Source of the DNA: a virus
Lineage: Duplodnaviria; Caudoviricetes
Length of the DNA: 64,000 bases
Reading direction: 5' to 3' (one strand)
Virus record (IMG/VR): IMGVR_UViG_3300028805_000088
Coordinates: 1-64,000 of that record
The notes under the pieces were generated by a model. That model was not told the DNA's origin. It saw nothing but the letters and a program-made list of their open reading frames with translations, and ran no database searches. Shown here one piece after another: positions 48,168 through 57,747 of this stretch (position 1 is the first letter of the stretch; every line of letters starts with the position of its first letter). The translations under genes were made by a program, and so were the position numbers.

Positions 48168-48677
48168 TTAATTTGATTTACCATAAATACCATAAGTTCT
48201 ATATGTGGTAAATGTTTGATTTCCAATCTTAGTTACAGTAAAATCACCAATATTTTCTTTTGGTTCTGCTGGTCTATCCTCTGGTATACCACCTTGCACG
48301 CTAGCAGCATTTTCAGCCTTTTCAGCGTCCTTTGCTGCTTTCTTAGCTTTTTTCTCCGCTTGTTTCTCTGCTTTTCTTGCGTCTCTCTCAGCTTTTGCCT
48401 CTGCTTGCTCTTTCAATTTATCCTCATAAGAAGAAACCTTAAACTCAGTTTGGATAAGATACTCAGCATCCACAAGTGTCTTGGTGTACTGCAAGTCTCT
48501 CTTCCACTCATTTCTTAAAAGATGGGTATTCCTAGCTTCCATACCAAATCGCTCAAGACAAGTTTGACCTGTATACACACGGTTTGGGTCATTATGTGGT
48601 GCGGTTTTCTTAGTACCTAATACAGATTCAATCGCATCACCTATTTTATTTAATGTATTGTTTAACGTATTTGCCAT
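48168..48677 (-). CDS. Hypothetical protein (GQTCLE family paralog) with a Lys/Ala-rich segment
   Basis: GQTCLERFGMEARN versus GQTCLEKRGMEERH. Confidence 0.6.
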   Translation of the reverse strand: MANTLNNTLNKIGDAIESVLGTKKTAPHNDPNRVYTGQTCLERFGMEARNTHLLRNEWKRDLQYTKTLVDAEYLIQTEFKVSSYEDKLKEQAEAKAERDARKAEKQAEKKAKKAAKDAEKAENAASVQGGIPEDRPAEPKENIGDFTVTKIGNQTFTTYRTYGIYGKSN

Positions 48678-50112
48678 GTCTTAATTTAACGATTTGTTTT
48701 TCTGTTATGTAAACTTTTTTCTTTGATTTCTGAGCGTGTTCTGCAATTCTACTCAATGCACGACTACCTCCAGTAACAAATATTGAAGCCATATCGCCTC
48801 TCTGATGATAAACATCCAATGCCTTATTTACAATCACCAATACTTTCTCTGGTGGTAACTCTTCATCATACTCAGATAGAATTTTCTCCAATGGGTCGAT
48901 ACCAAAATCTGAAAATGCGTCACTTCCGTCAGGCATCATCATCCAATCATAAAATCCGATGAGGTCAAGGAAATTCATTTGGTCAACTACCCAATATAGT
49001 TTATTTGTATTATAGTCAACCTCTATTTCACCCTTATATCTAGAATTTTGATTGAACTCAGCAATGTATTCGCCTATATCGCCATACATCTGACTAAATT
49101 TATTTTTCTGTCTTTCAAGGTCTTGCTGCGCCACCATTCTATCTGCGTCACCTTGTGAAACCCAAGGAAAATATGTTTGTCCATATTTATCAACAGCCTC
49201 ATTTAGCGAACTAAACTCATCGTTAGACAATTTCAATATGTCTTTATGGAATACCTCAATTTTAACACTGTCTTTATCAATATTAATCTCTCTATTATTT
49301 CCGAAATAAGAAATAACAAAATCCTCAAAATCTTCAGTTGGAAACCATTGACTGTGACCAGCGATACTTGTGTTGGCTTTAAGAATTGCTGTATTCTTCA
49401 TAATAATTCCCATCCATTGATAGACATATCTAGTTGGGAAACTTGTGAGTCTTCCAAACCTAGTGAACTCCTTCAATGCTTTCGCATACATATCTGGGTT
49501 AATCAATACGCCCCAACTTTGTTTTCCCTTCGGATTAGATAGAAATTCATTGAAAACATATCTTGCATCATAGTCATTAAGATAATCATAATAAGGATGG
49601 TCTTCATCAAATCCTTCCTTAATTATCCTATTTTCAGCAGTAACGGTATATGTAATCTTACCACTTGGTGTTTTGATTGTTTCAGATTTTGTATCAGCTG
49701 GTTTCAAGTCTGCATTTGTGGTTGGTTTTGGCGGCTTAACAGCTTCTACCTCTTTAGTTCCCCTTGCACGTTCAATACCCTTTCTGTATATATTAGCAGC
49801 CAATTCTCCACCATTTAATTGATATTGAATACTGTTCTTGGGCAGTTTATTCATTCTGTGCAATCTCACCTTTGCATCGTTAACATTAACAGAATCTTGT
49901 TTAATTTCTTTTCCATTTGTTTGTGCATTTGCACCTTTTCTATTATATTTTTTATCACTGCCCAAAGACTTTAAGATTTTACTTCCAGGAATATTCTTAT
50001 CCAAGTATGGTTCATAGATTTTCTTCATTGCTTTGAACACATTCTTGGCATTCTGTGGAATTGGTATTTGTTTTTTAGTTACCTTTGCTGAGTCTTCAAA
50101 TATAATAGCCAT
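48646..50112 (-). CDS. Hypothetical late protein
   Basis: 488 aa; basic N-terminus; IIKEG, LNEA and KVYITEKQ motifs. Confidence 0.65.
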   Translation of the reverse strand: MAIIFEDSAKVTKKQIPIPQNAKNVFKAMKKIYEPYLDKNIPGSKILKSLGSDKKYNRKGANAQTNGKEIKQDSVNVNDAKVRLHRMNKLPKNSIQYQLNGGELAANIYRKGIERARGTKEVEAVKPPKPTTNADLKPADTKSETIKTPSGKITYTVTAENRIIKEGFDEDHPYYDYLNDYDARYVFNEFLSNPKGKQSWGVLINPDMYAKALKEFTRFGRLTSFPTRYVYQWMGIIMKNTAILKANTSIAGHSQWFPTEDFEDFVISYFGNNREINIDKDSVKIEVFHKDILKLSNDEFSSLNEAVDKYGQTYFPWVSQGDADRMVAQQDLERQKNKFSQMYGDIGEYIAEFNQNSRYKGEIEVDYNTNKLYWVVDQMNFLDLIGFYDWMMMPDGSDAFSDFGIDPLEKILSEYDEELPPEKVLVIVNKALDVYHQRGDMASIFVTGGSRALSRIAEHAQKSKKKVYITEKQIVKLRHGKYVKQYIK

Positions 50113-50117
50113 TTCGA

Positions 50118-50366
50118 TTAAATTGTATTTGATGATTTTCTACCACCGACACTACCCCATTGCTGTGGAGTTTGTTGTCTTGAGAACTTATCGGTGTTAA
50201 TTGGTTTAGACATCTTCTCTTCTCCATCTTGGTTTGTTACAACAGCTTGGTTTGTAACCTCAGAACCAAATCTAGAAGTTGTATCATTTCCATCTAAAAA
50301 GATTGAATCCCCAGCACTTTCGAATAGTCTGCCAAACTGTGATTCATTCAAATTTATTATTTTCAT
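50118..50366 (-). CDS. Small late protein, probable head-internal
   Basis: MKIINLNESQFGRLFES. Confidence 0.6.
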   Translation of the reverse strand: MKIINLNESQFGRLFESAGDSIFLDGNDTTSRFGSEVTNQAVVTNQDGEEKMSKPINTDKFSRQQTPQQWGSVGGRKSSNTI

Positions 50367-50424
50367 AATCTATCTGTTTTTATTATTAAATAAATATTTA
50401 TAATTAGTAAAATAATGCGTTACA

Positions 50425-52392
50425 ATGGCAAATTTAAAGGTAAATAACTATCATAGATTGAGATTAAGGATTAATAAAGATGAATATTGGGATTTCTTTG
50501 TTAATAAAGACAGTTATGGGTATCATGGAAATAATGCCGATAACTGCTTAATTTCATACATAGACTTGGCACATGCTGATTGTGATGACAGTGGTTGGAT
50601 TAAAAGTGAAAATGAGTATAGTTGGGATGATGCATTGTCCATCGGCTATACATTATATAATATAACATATACTGGAGTTGATAACGGATTATTCACATTT
50701 AGAAAAGATAGAATAACAAACAAGGATTTCTTAGAGATATTTCAATCAAATAAATTGGAAATCACTGAAAATGACACAAGATTAAAGCTACATGCTGTTA
50801 GCGGTAATACATTACAATATGAATATCCATTACATGCTGAAAACGGTTATGTTATGTTCAATGGAGGTTTCTATCAAGGGTTCTTTAAAACAGAGTGTGA
50901 TAAATACCAAGTATTACCAACTAAATTCGATGATGGTGACACATATAACCTAGAGTTTACATTGAAAAAATGCGATTTAGAAGCTGAGTCAACAAATACA
51001 CTTAACGATAAGTATCCAGATAATAAGGGTATTTTTTTCTATATCGGAACTAGAGCAGAGAATAAATGGATATATGTTTACGATAAAGAAGATATAGATA
51101 ACTTGGAAAACTGCTATCAATTGGGTATGGATGATTTCGTTGAAGATGGTGATATTGATAAGAAAGACCACATCATTGGTAATTTCTATGACCTTGACCC
51201 AGAATTCTATGAAGACCCACCACTAGACATAGAAGATTATACAAACTTCAATTACTACGATGAAGAACTATATGCTAAAGATTATTGTGATTGGGACGAA
51301 ATGTTCGACTATGTTGAGGTACAGCCAGTAGAAAAGCCAAAAATTATTGATGAAAACGAAGACCATATCAATATGTCTTCTTGGTGCTGTAATATTCCAA
51401 AAGGTGAAGAAACCATACTTAGTCCATACTTTGTTGGATGCGGATGCCCTGTTAAGTATAAAAAGAAAAAAGTAATACAAGAAGAGGAAGAGTTTCTAGA
51501 TGGTAGTGCTGCATTTGGTGAAGGTGATTATATAGGTGGTTGGGACGGTATGGGTGACTTGGAAGATTGCACAACATATGTTGAGACAGAGTTAAATATA
51601 ACTGATTTCCAATATTATACAGATAATGGATTTAATCTTTCCGAAGCGCATTGGTACTATTTCTATACTGATAACAAGTATATGATGTTCGATAGGACAA
51701 AAAGTGGTAAAACAATTAAAAATTGGGTAGAAGGCACACAATATATGTATTGTGGAAGGAAGAGCAATTTCAAGGGAAATCTATTCATTTTAATGAACCG
51801 AACAAAAACAGGATATACCGTCAACACAATTGACACTTTAAGAGATAAAGATGCTAACTATTATAATCCTTATAAGGATATATATAATAATGCATTGGCA
51901 CTCAGGATTACAGATAAAGGAGAAATTGGATATAGACTATTAACTGTTGACTGTGATAAGGAAGAAAGAGATAAAATATTAATGGTTGAAGGCTATTCAT
52001 TTGAGGGAGTTATTCCAGATTGTGAATGGGTAACAGTTAACATCAGAATGTCTTTCTTGAGTGGAGATAAAATGAAACTTATGTTTTATGTGAACGGTAA
52101 ATTAAGATATGTTTCAAAAGAACTACCAAGAATAGAATTGAGGGCATTAAATGAGATATACGAAAAGCAAGAAGGCGTTCCTTATAATATATCAATAGGT
52201 GGTGGAACTCAAGGATTGGCTGAAACAATACAGTATAACTATATGTTAAATCCTACTAGAGTTTATCCAATAGAAAAATATTTCGCAGGAACATTCATTG
52301 GCTATATGAGTTCATTTAAAATTTATAACTGTTTCATGGAACAAATGACAATTGAAAATAACTTCATAAATGAAAGTAATAAACTGATATGA
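50425..52392 (+). CDS. Structural protein with ConA/LamG-like beta-sandwich and acidic insert
   Basis: LMFYVNGKL..NISIGGG..FIGYMSSFKIYN; late motif at 50395. Confidence 0.55.
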   Translation: MANLKVNNYHRLRLRINKDEYWDFFVNKDSYGYHGNNADNCLISYIDLAHADCDDSGWIKSENEYSWDDALSIGYTLYNITYTGVDNGLFTFRKDRITNKDFLEIFQSNKLEITENDTRLKLHAVSGNTLQYEYPLHAENGYVMFNGGFYQGFFKTECDKYQVLPTKFDDGDTYNLEFTLKKCDLEAESTNTLNDKYPDNKGIFFYIGTRAENKWIYVYDKEDIDNLENCYQLGMDDFVEDGDIDKKDHIIGNFYDLDPEFYEDPPLDIEDYTNFNYYDEELYAKDYCDWDEMFDYVEVQPVEKPKIIDENEDHINMSSWCCNIPKGEETILSPYFVGCGCPVKYKKKKVIQEEEEFLDGSAAFGEGDYIGGWDGMGDLEDCTTYVETELNITDFQYYTDNGFNLSEAHWYYFYTDNKYMMFDRTKSGKTIKNWVEGTQYMYCGRKSNFKGNLFILMNRTKTGYTVNTIDTLRDKDANYYNPYKDIYNNALALRITDKGEIGYRLLTVDCDKEERDKILMVEGYSFEGVIPDCEWVTVNIRMSFLSGDKMKLMFYVNGKLRYVSKELPRIELRALNEIYEKQEGVPYNISIGGGTQGLAETIQYNYMLNPTRVYPIEKYFAGTFIGYMSSFKIYNCFMEQMTIENNFINESNKLI

Positions 52393-52610
52393 AAATATTA
52401 TTGATAGTTTTATCATTACTATTGTTTATTTCTTGTGGAACTATTGATACTATAACTATTGCAAATAAACAATTGTATTATGACGAAAAAGCTATAATAG
52501 CATATGAATTTTACAATGAATTATATAAAAACAATGCCATAAACACAAAACCAATTATTTTTAAAAGAGAGTGCCAAAAATTGGTGCTCTTTTTTTTATT
52601 TTACTATTGA
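52389..52610 (+). CDS. Small putative lipoprotein
   Basis: MKILLIVLSLLLFISC signal peptide with lipobox Cys16. Confidence 0.55.
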   Translation: MKILLIVLSLLLFISCGTIDTITIANKQLYYDEKAIIAYEFYNELYKNNAINTKPIIFKRECQKLVLFFLFYY

Positions 52611-52695
52611 TAATATAAAATTTTTTTCTATATTTGTGATAGAACTGGCGTTGGTTTTAAATTTAATATATATTTATATATAAAATAACAATATT

Positions 52696-53952
52696 ATGAG
52701 TAGTGGAAAACGTTTAACAAATGAGGAAGCATTAGAAAAAATAAATGAAAAATGCTTAGAAAAAAACTATGCTTTTATTGGATTCAATAATAATGAAAAT
52801 GTTTATAAAAATAATAAAACATATTTAACATTAAAATGCAATAAATGTGGAAATATTTGGAGTACGACATCTTATGAAAAATTTATTTATGGAAACAGGG
52901 GTTGTCCAAATTGCTCACCAACCAAAAAAATAACTGAAGACAAATTAATAAAAAACATTGAAAAATTATGTAAAGAAAAGAATTTTACATTTTTAGGGTT
53001 TAACGGAAATTTTTGCGGCATTAATACAAAACTATTACTTAAATGTAACAAATGTGGGGAAGAATGGAAAACAACGTCATATAATAATTTAAAAAAAACA
53101 GATAGAAAAACACATACTTGTGGAAGAAAAAATCCGTCATCAATGCCAATTGTATATAATGAAGAAAAAATCATAAAAAACATTGAAAACAAATTAAAAC
53201 ACTCTTCACTAGAATTTGTGTCATTTGATGAATTTGGATATATTGACACTAAAAAAACACATATATTATTAAAATGTAAAAAATGTGGTAAAACGAATGT
53301 TTATTCATTAAAATACTTATACCAAAATACATTTTCATGTAAAAGCTGCGAATCTAGAAACAAATTTTCAAACGAATATGCAATAGCCAAAATAATAGAA
53401 AAATGCAAAAAATTAAATTATACGTTTCTTGGATTTGATAACAATGAAAATAAATATGATGGTAAAAAAACATATTTAATATTAAAATGTAATAAATGTG
53501 GGCATATATGGAAAAGCACAACATTTGGTAGCTTTACACAAAACACCATTAAATGTTTAGGGTGTATAAATTCTTGGAAAATGGAAAAGGAAATTGAATC
53601 TTGTCTAAATGAACACTCTATAAACTACATCCACGATTGCAGGTGTCATATCCTACCTTGGTTAAAGCATAAAATATCTTTATCCCTAGATTTTTATCTG
53701 CCAGATTATAAAATTGCAATTGAATGTCAAGGAAGGCAACACTTTGAGCCAGTTTTAGATTTTGGTGGCGAAAAAAGTTTTAAAGAAACTATTGAAAGAG
53801 ATAAGAAAAAACTTATTCTTTGTAAAGAAAATGGTATTAAATTGCTATATTATGATAGTGAACATAACCATACAGAATTTTTAGGGGAGAAAGTATATAA
53901 CAACGAAAATAATATTATAAAAGAAATAACTAGTTATGAGCAAAAAAATTAA
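52696..53952 (+). CDS. Putative homing endonuclease (Zn-ribbon repeats plus PD-(D/E)xK)
   Basis: Four LKCNKCG..W repeats; SLDFYLPDYKIAIECQGRQH. Confidence 0.75.
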   Translation: MSSGKRLTNEEALEKINEKCLEKNYAFIGFNNNENVYKNNKTYLTLKCNKCGNIWSTTSYEKFIYGNRGCPNCSPTKKITEDKLIKNIEKLCKEKNFTFLGFNGNFCGINTKLLLKCNKCGEEWKTTSYNNLKKTDRKTHTCGRKNPSSMPIVYNEEKIIKNIENKLKHSSLEFVSFDEFGYIDTKKTHILLKCKKCGKTNVYSLKYLYQNTFSCKSCESRNKFSNEYAIAKIIEKCKKLNYTFLGFDNNENKYDGKKTYLILKCNKCGHIWKSTTFGSFTQNTIKCLGCINSWKMEKEIESCLNEHSINYIHDCRCHILPWLKHKISLSLDFYLPDYKIAIECQGRQHFEPVLDFGGEKSFKETIERDKKKLILCKENGIKLLYYDSEHNHTEFLGEKVYNNENNIIKEITSYEQKN

Positions 53953-55153
53953 AATGCTAGTAATACCCAGTGACACCACAGGGGTAGGAAAGTTCAGGTC
54001 TGTTGACCCTCACGTATATATTGCAGAGCACTATGGTGATGAATTCGACATTGACATTGTTTATAATATGCCTAATGGTGATTTGGAGACTTTCTTAAAG
54101 CAATATGACTTAGTTCATATCCATAAACAGCTAGATAAAGAATGCAAGATTATTGATATGATTAAGTTCCTAGGTATACCAGTAATTATAGATGTTGATG
54201 ACCATTTCAATCTTGGAGAAGACCACCCAATGTCTCTCACTGCAAAGAAAGAAAGATGGCACGAACCAATAATTAACCACCTAAAGAGGGCTGACTATGT
54301 TACTACAACAACACCTATTTTTGCTAAAGTCCTTAGAAAGATAAACAAGAATGTAAAGGTTTTTCCTAATGCAATTAATCCAGAAGAGCCACAATATGCA
54401 GTTCCTAAGAATCCAAGAGTAGATAGATTAAGGGTTGGTATTATATGCGGTTCTTCACACTTGAAGGATTTACAACTTCTTAGTGGTGTTGCAGGCAAAG
54501 TTAATTTGGATAAGATACAGTTTGTGTTATGTGGATTTGATACAAGAGGTAATAAGACAATCTATAACAGCCAAACTGGAGAAAAAACAACTCGTCCAAT
54601 AGAACCACAAGAAAGTGTTTGGTGTGATTATGAAAGGATTTTCACTGATAATTATAAGACAATCTCACCAGAGCATAAGGAATTCTTAATGAAATACGCA
54701 GCTGGCGTTGATGACCCATTCACAAATGAACCATATCGTAGAATGTGGACTAGAAACATCAATGACTATGCAACACACTACCAAAACGTTGATGTGCTCA
54801 TTGCACCATTGAAAGAAAATGAATTTAACAGTGTTAAATCAGAACTTAAAGAAATTGAATGTGGATTCACTCACACCGCATTTATCGGACAAAATTTTGG
54901 TGCTTACACAATTAACCTAGTTCCTATGATTGAAAAAGGTGGTAAGATTAATGAGGAAGGTACTGCATTACTTGTTGATTCATCAAAGAATCATAAACAA
55001 TGGGCAAAATACATAAATAAGCTTGCTGACGATGCAGATATGTTGAAGAAGCTTCAAGATAATCTATATAACTTTGTTAAAGATAGATATTCACTCGCTG
55101 AGATTTGTAGACAGAGAGTTGAATTCTATAAGAGCCTTGTAAATAAAGAATAA
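53936..55153 (+). CDS. GT-B fold glycosyltransferase (GT4-like)
   Basis: DYVTTTT, VFPNAI, RVG..GSSHLKDL, DVLIAPL..NEFNSVKSELK. Confidence 0.75.
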   Translation: MSKKIKMLVIPSDTTGVGKFRSVDPHVYIAEHYGDEFDIDIVYNMPNGDLETFLKQYDLVHIHKQLDKECKIIDMIKFLGIPVIIDVDDHFNLGEDHPMSLTAKKERWHEPIINHLKRADYVTTTTPIFAKVLRKINKNVKVFPNAINPEEPQYAVPKNPRVDRLRVGIICGSSHLKDLQLLSGVAGKVNLDKIQFVLCGFDTRGNKTIYNSQTGEKTTRPIEPQESVWCDYERIFTDNYKTISPEHKEFLMKYAAGVDDPFTNEPYRRMWTRNINDYATHYQNVDVLIAPLKENEFNSVKSELKEIECGFTHTAFIGQNFGAYTINLVPMIEKGGKINEEGTALLVDSSKNHKQWAKYINKLADDADMLKKLQDNLYNFVKDRYSLAEICRQRVEFYKSLVNKE

Positions 55154-55160
55154 TTAAAAA

Positions 55161-55188
55161 ATGGAGGTAGAAACTAATCTATCTCCAT
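55161..55188. terminator. Bidirectional terminator with AAACTAAT loop
   Basis: ATGGAGGTAG-AAACTAAT-CTATCTCCAT. Confidence 0.75.
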
Positions 55189-55194
55189 TTTTCT

Positions 55195-56370
55195 TTATTG
55201 TACTTCCAAAGGTGAATATTTACCCAAATTCATATCTGGTGTTATTTCTATGGAATCATTGTTATTGTTTGCTCCCCTAAATTCATTCTCCATAAATTCA
55301 TCAATAACACCCTCAATAATTGTCTTTACATTAACTCTATTCTCTTCCATTCTATAATTCGCTGGGTTTTGTATTATTTTTTCAAGCGCTTCATCACTCA
55401 TCTTAGGAAATCTTTCTCTCAAAGCTTTTTTAAGTCCGAAATAAGAACTTCCATCATGTTCAAATGTTCCAGTGCTAGTTCTAATTGAAAATACTCTAGT
55501 TGGTTGCTTTGGCTCTTGCTGTTGGACTTGAGGCTGTTGTGGTCTCTTAACCCCAAGAACTTCTCCACTAGTTTCTGGCAACATGTTTTTAAACTCATTA
55601 ATCCAAGGTTTATCTTCAAGACTCCAATACCTCCAAGTTCTCATATTTTTTCTATAACCTTTATTGAACAAATAATCTATAACACTAGAATCATTAGTTG
55701 TAACAACATTTTCATTCCTTTCATTTCTCTCAGTGTTGGTTATTAAATTAATTAAATTTTGATTAGATGTAATAGTAAGTTTGACTTTTCCTTCTTGTGT
55801 CATTACAATAATTGCAGTAACAGAAGCTTTCTTATTGTTAAGCCTTTTTTCACGTTTAGCTTTCATTTCATCATTAAGTTCAAGTTGGCTCATGTCTTCG
55901 GCACTCGCCAATCTCTGAATAGTAAATAAACCATTAGACCTACTAGATACTATGCTTCCTATTTGTCTAAATTCTAGACCATGCCCTTGTTTTGGGCAAT
56001 ATCCATTCATGTATGTATAATAATGGCACATTTCATGTACTAAAGTTGCTAAAAAACCGTGCTCAGTACCACTATAATTTCCGTTAAGCTCTATGGTTGG
56101 ATGACACATTTCAACAAAATTTTTCCTATCTACATATACTCTATCCCAACCTTGTTTAAACATTTTTCTACTATACCTATCAACCCTAATGCCTCTAGCA
56201 GCAATTTTAAACCAACCCAATGTTCCACCTTGAGAACCACGACCAGTTGTAAATACATTAAAGTCGCATTCTCCCAAAGCGTCATTAAAAAGCTGAGAAT
56301 TCATTTCATAGTATTTCTCAGCCATCCATTGCGTATTTGGTATAAAAGTTTTATCCATTACAAAAAACAT
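55195..56370 (-). CDS. SprT-like zinc metalloprotease domain protein
   Basis: TLVHEMCH (HExxH) followed by GHGLEF. Confidence 0.8.
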   Translation of the reverse strand: MFFVMDKTFIPNTQWMAEKYYEMNSQLFNDALGECDFNVFTTGRGSQGGTLGWFKIAARGIRVDRYSRKMFKQGWDRVYVDRKNFVEMCHPTIELNGNYSGTEHGFLATLVHEMCHYYTYMNGYCPKQGHGLEFRQIGSIVSSRSNGLFTIQRLASAEDMSQLELNDEMKAKREKRLNNKKASVTAIIVMTQEGKVKLTITSNQNLINLITNTERNERNENVVTTNDSSVIDYLFNKGYRKNMRTWRYWSLEDKPWINEFKNMLPETSGEVLGVKRPQQPQVQQQEPKQPTRVFSIRTSTGTFEHDGSSYFGLKKALRERFPKMSDEALEKIIQNPANYRMEENRVNVKTIIEGVIDEFMENEFRGANNNNDSIEITPDMNLGKYSPLEVQ

Positions 56371-56394
56371 TATTTATAATAAATAGTTTTTATT

Positions 56395-57198
56395 TTACCA
56401 TTTTTCAAAAATTTTTGTAATAAACGTATTTCTAACTATATCTTGGTTTGTAAATTCATCAACTGAAACTCCTTCTACATCATTAAGACTTTCTTTTGCG
56501 TGAATAAGCCCACTATCGTTAAAATCTCTTATTCCCTTGCGGTCACATTGTGCTCTATCGCCTAAAATCGCAATTTTAGTATTACCTTCACCCATTCTGC
56601 CGATTAAAAGTAATGTTTCTCTTTTTGATAAATTTTCAGCTTCATCAATAATAATAAAAGCATCATCAAATGTTTTTCCTCTTGCATAACTTAACAATTC
56701 GAATTCAATTAATCCACTGTTTATCAGTTGTTGTGCAATTTCTCTATAAGGTACATTACCACTAATCTTTAATATTTTCTCCAATGTATTAATGGTTGCC
56801 ATTTGAAATGGCTTTATTTTTTCTTCAACGCTTCCAGGTAGCAGACCAATTTTTGTTGCTTCAGATGCTTCTACTGTTGGAACTATGACTATTATTTTTG
56901 ACACGCTTCCATTCTTAAGTAAAAATAATCCAGCGGTTAAAGCCAATAAAGATTTCCCAACTCCAGCTGGTGCATCACATATGTTCAATTTTAAATTTAA
57001 ATCTTCAAGGTTTCTTATAAATTGTTTTTGTTTTTCATTTTTGCATTTTACGTTTAACTTATAACTAAGTGCCTTTAATTTGGTACATAGACCTTCAGAT
57101 GTAAGATAATTGAGAGCACTGTCTCCTTTCATCTTTTGCTCAATGAATTCCATTTCTATTTCACTGAGGCTTTCTTTTAGATTTTTCTTTTTTCCCAT
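56395..57198 (-). CDS. phoH: PhoH-family ATPase
   Basis: APAGVGKS, GLLPG..EEKI.P, YARGKTF..IIIDEAENL, GD..QCD, FTNQDIVR. Confidence 0.92.
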   Translation of the reverse strand: MGKKKNLKESLSEIEMEFIEQKMKGDSALNYLTSEGLCTKLKALSYKLNVKCKNEKQKQFIRNLEDLNLKLNICDAPAGVGKSLLALTAGLFLLKNGSVSKIIVIVPTVEASEATKIGLLPGSVEEKIKPFQMATINTLEKILKISGNVPYREIAQQLINSGLIEFELLSYARGKTFDDAFIIIDEAENLSKRETLLLIGRMGEGNTKIAILGDRAQCDRKGIRDFNDSGLIHAKESLNDVEGVSVDEFTNQDIVRNTFITKIFEKW

Positions 57199-57410
57199 AA
57201 AGTTTTAGTTTAAAAAAAAGCGCATAAACCCTTTCAAGGAATATGCGCTTCGCTCTTATTATTAAAAAATGTAGTTTTATCCATCATTCACCAATCACTT
57301 TAGTATAAATATCTGAATATTTGTTAATGAATCTAAAATGTTATCATAAAAAATTGATTTTTTCAAAAAAATTCTATATCTTTGCAGCATAACATATAAA
57401 AATTGCTAAT

Positions 57411-57734
57411 ATGATTTTTGGAATGACTATTTTTGGGACCACTTGGATTGCTGTCAGTATAATTCTAGGGGCTATTTTTTTATTCTTGTTAGGTGTCTTC
57501 TATGAAGATGGCATAGATGATGAAGGATTTATCGCATTAAAAGCAACTGCTGCTATTGCTGTGGCAATCTTCTGGCCTTTTGTGATTTTCTTTGGCGCTT
57601 GTGTAGGAATTGTTTCAGCCCCTATTTTCCTAGGTAAAATGATTAGAAACATCATTAAAAAAAGAAAAGAAGAAAAAGAAGAAAAAGAAAAGTTCTTCAA
57701 ACAGCTTGAAGGGTCAAAGAAAAAAGGTGGGTAA
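57411..57734 (+). CDS. Small membrane protein, early
   Basis: Two hydrophobic helices, basic tail; host-type promoter at 57377. Confidence 0.65.
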   Translation: MIFGMTIFGTTWIAVSIILGAIFLFLLGVFYEDGIDDEGFIALKATAAIAVAIFWPFVIFFGACVGIVSAPIFLGKMIRNIIKKRKEEKEEKEKFFKQLEGSKKKGG

Positions 57735-57746
57735 CTCCCACCTTTT
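57722..57746. terminator. Bidirectional terminator
   Basis: AAAAGGTGGG-TAACT-CCCACCTTTT. Confidence 0.75.
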
Positions 57747-57747
57747 A

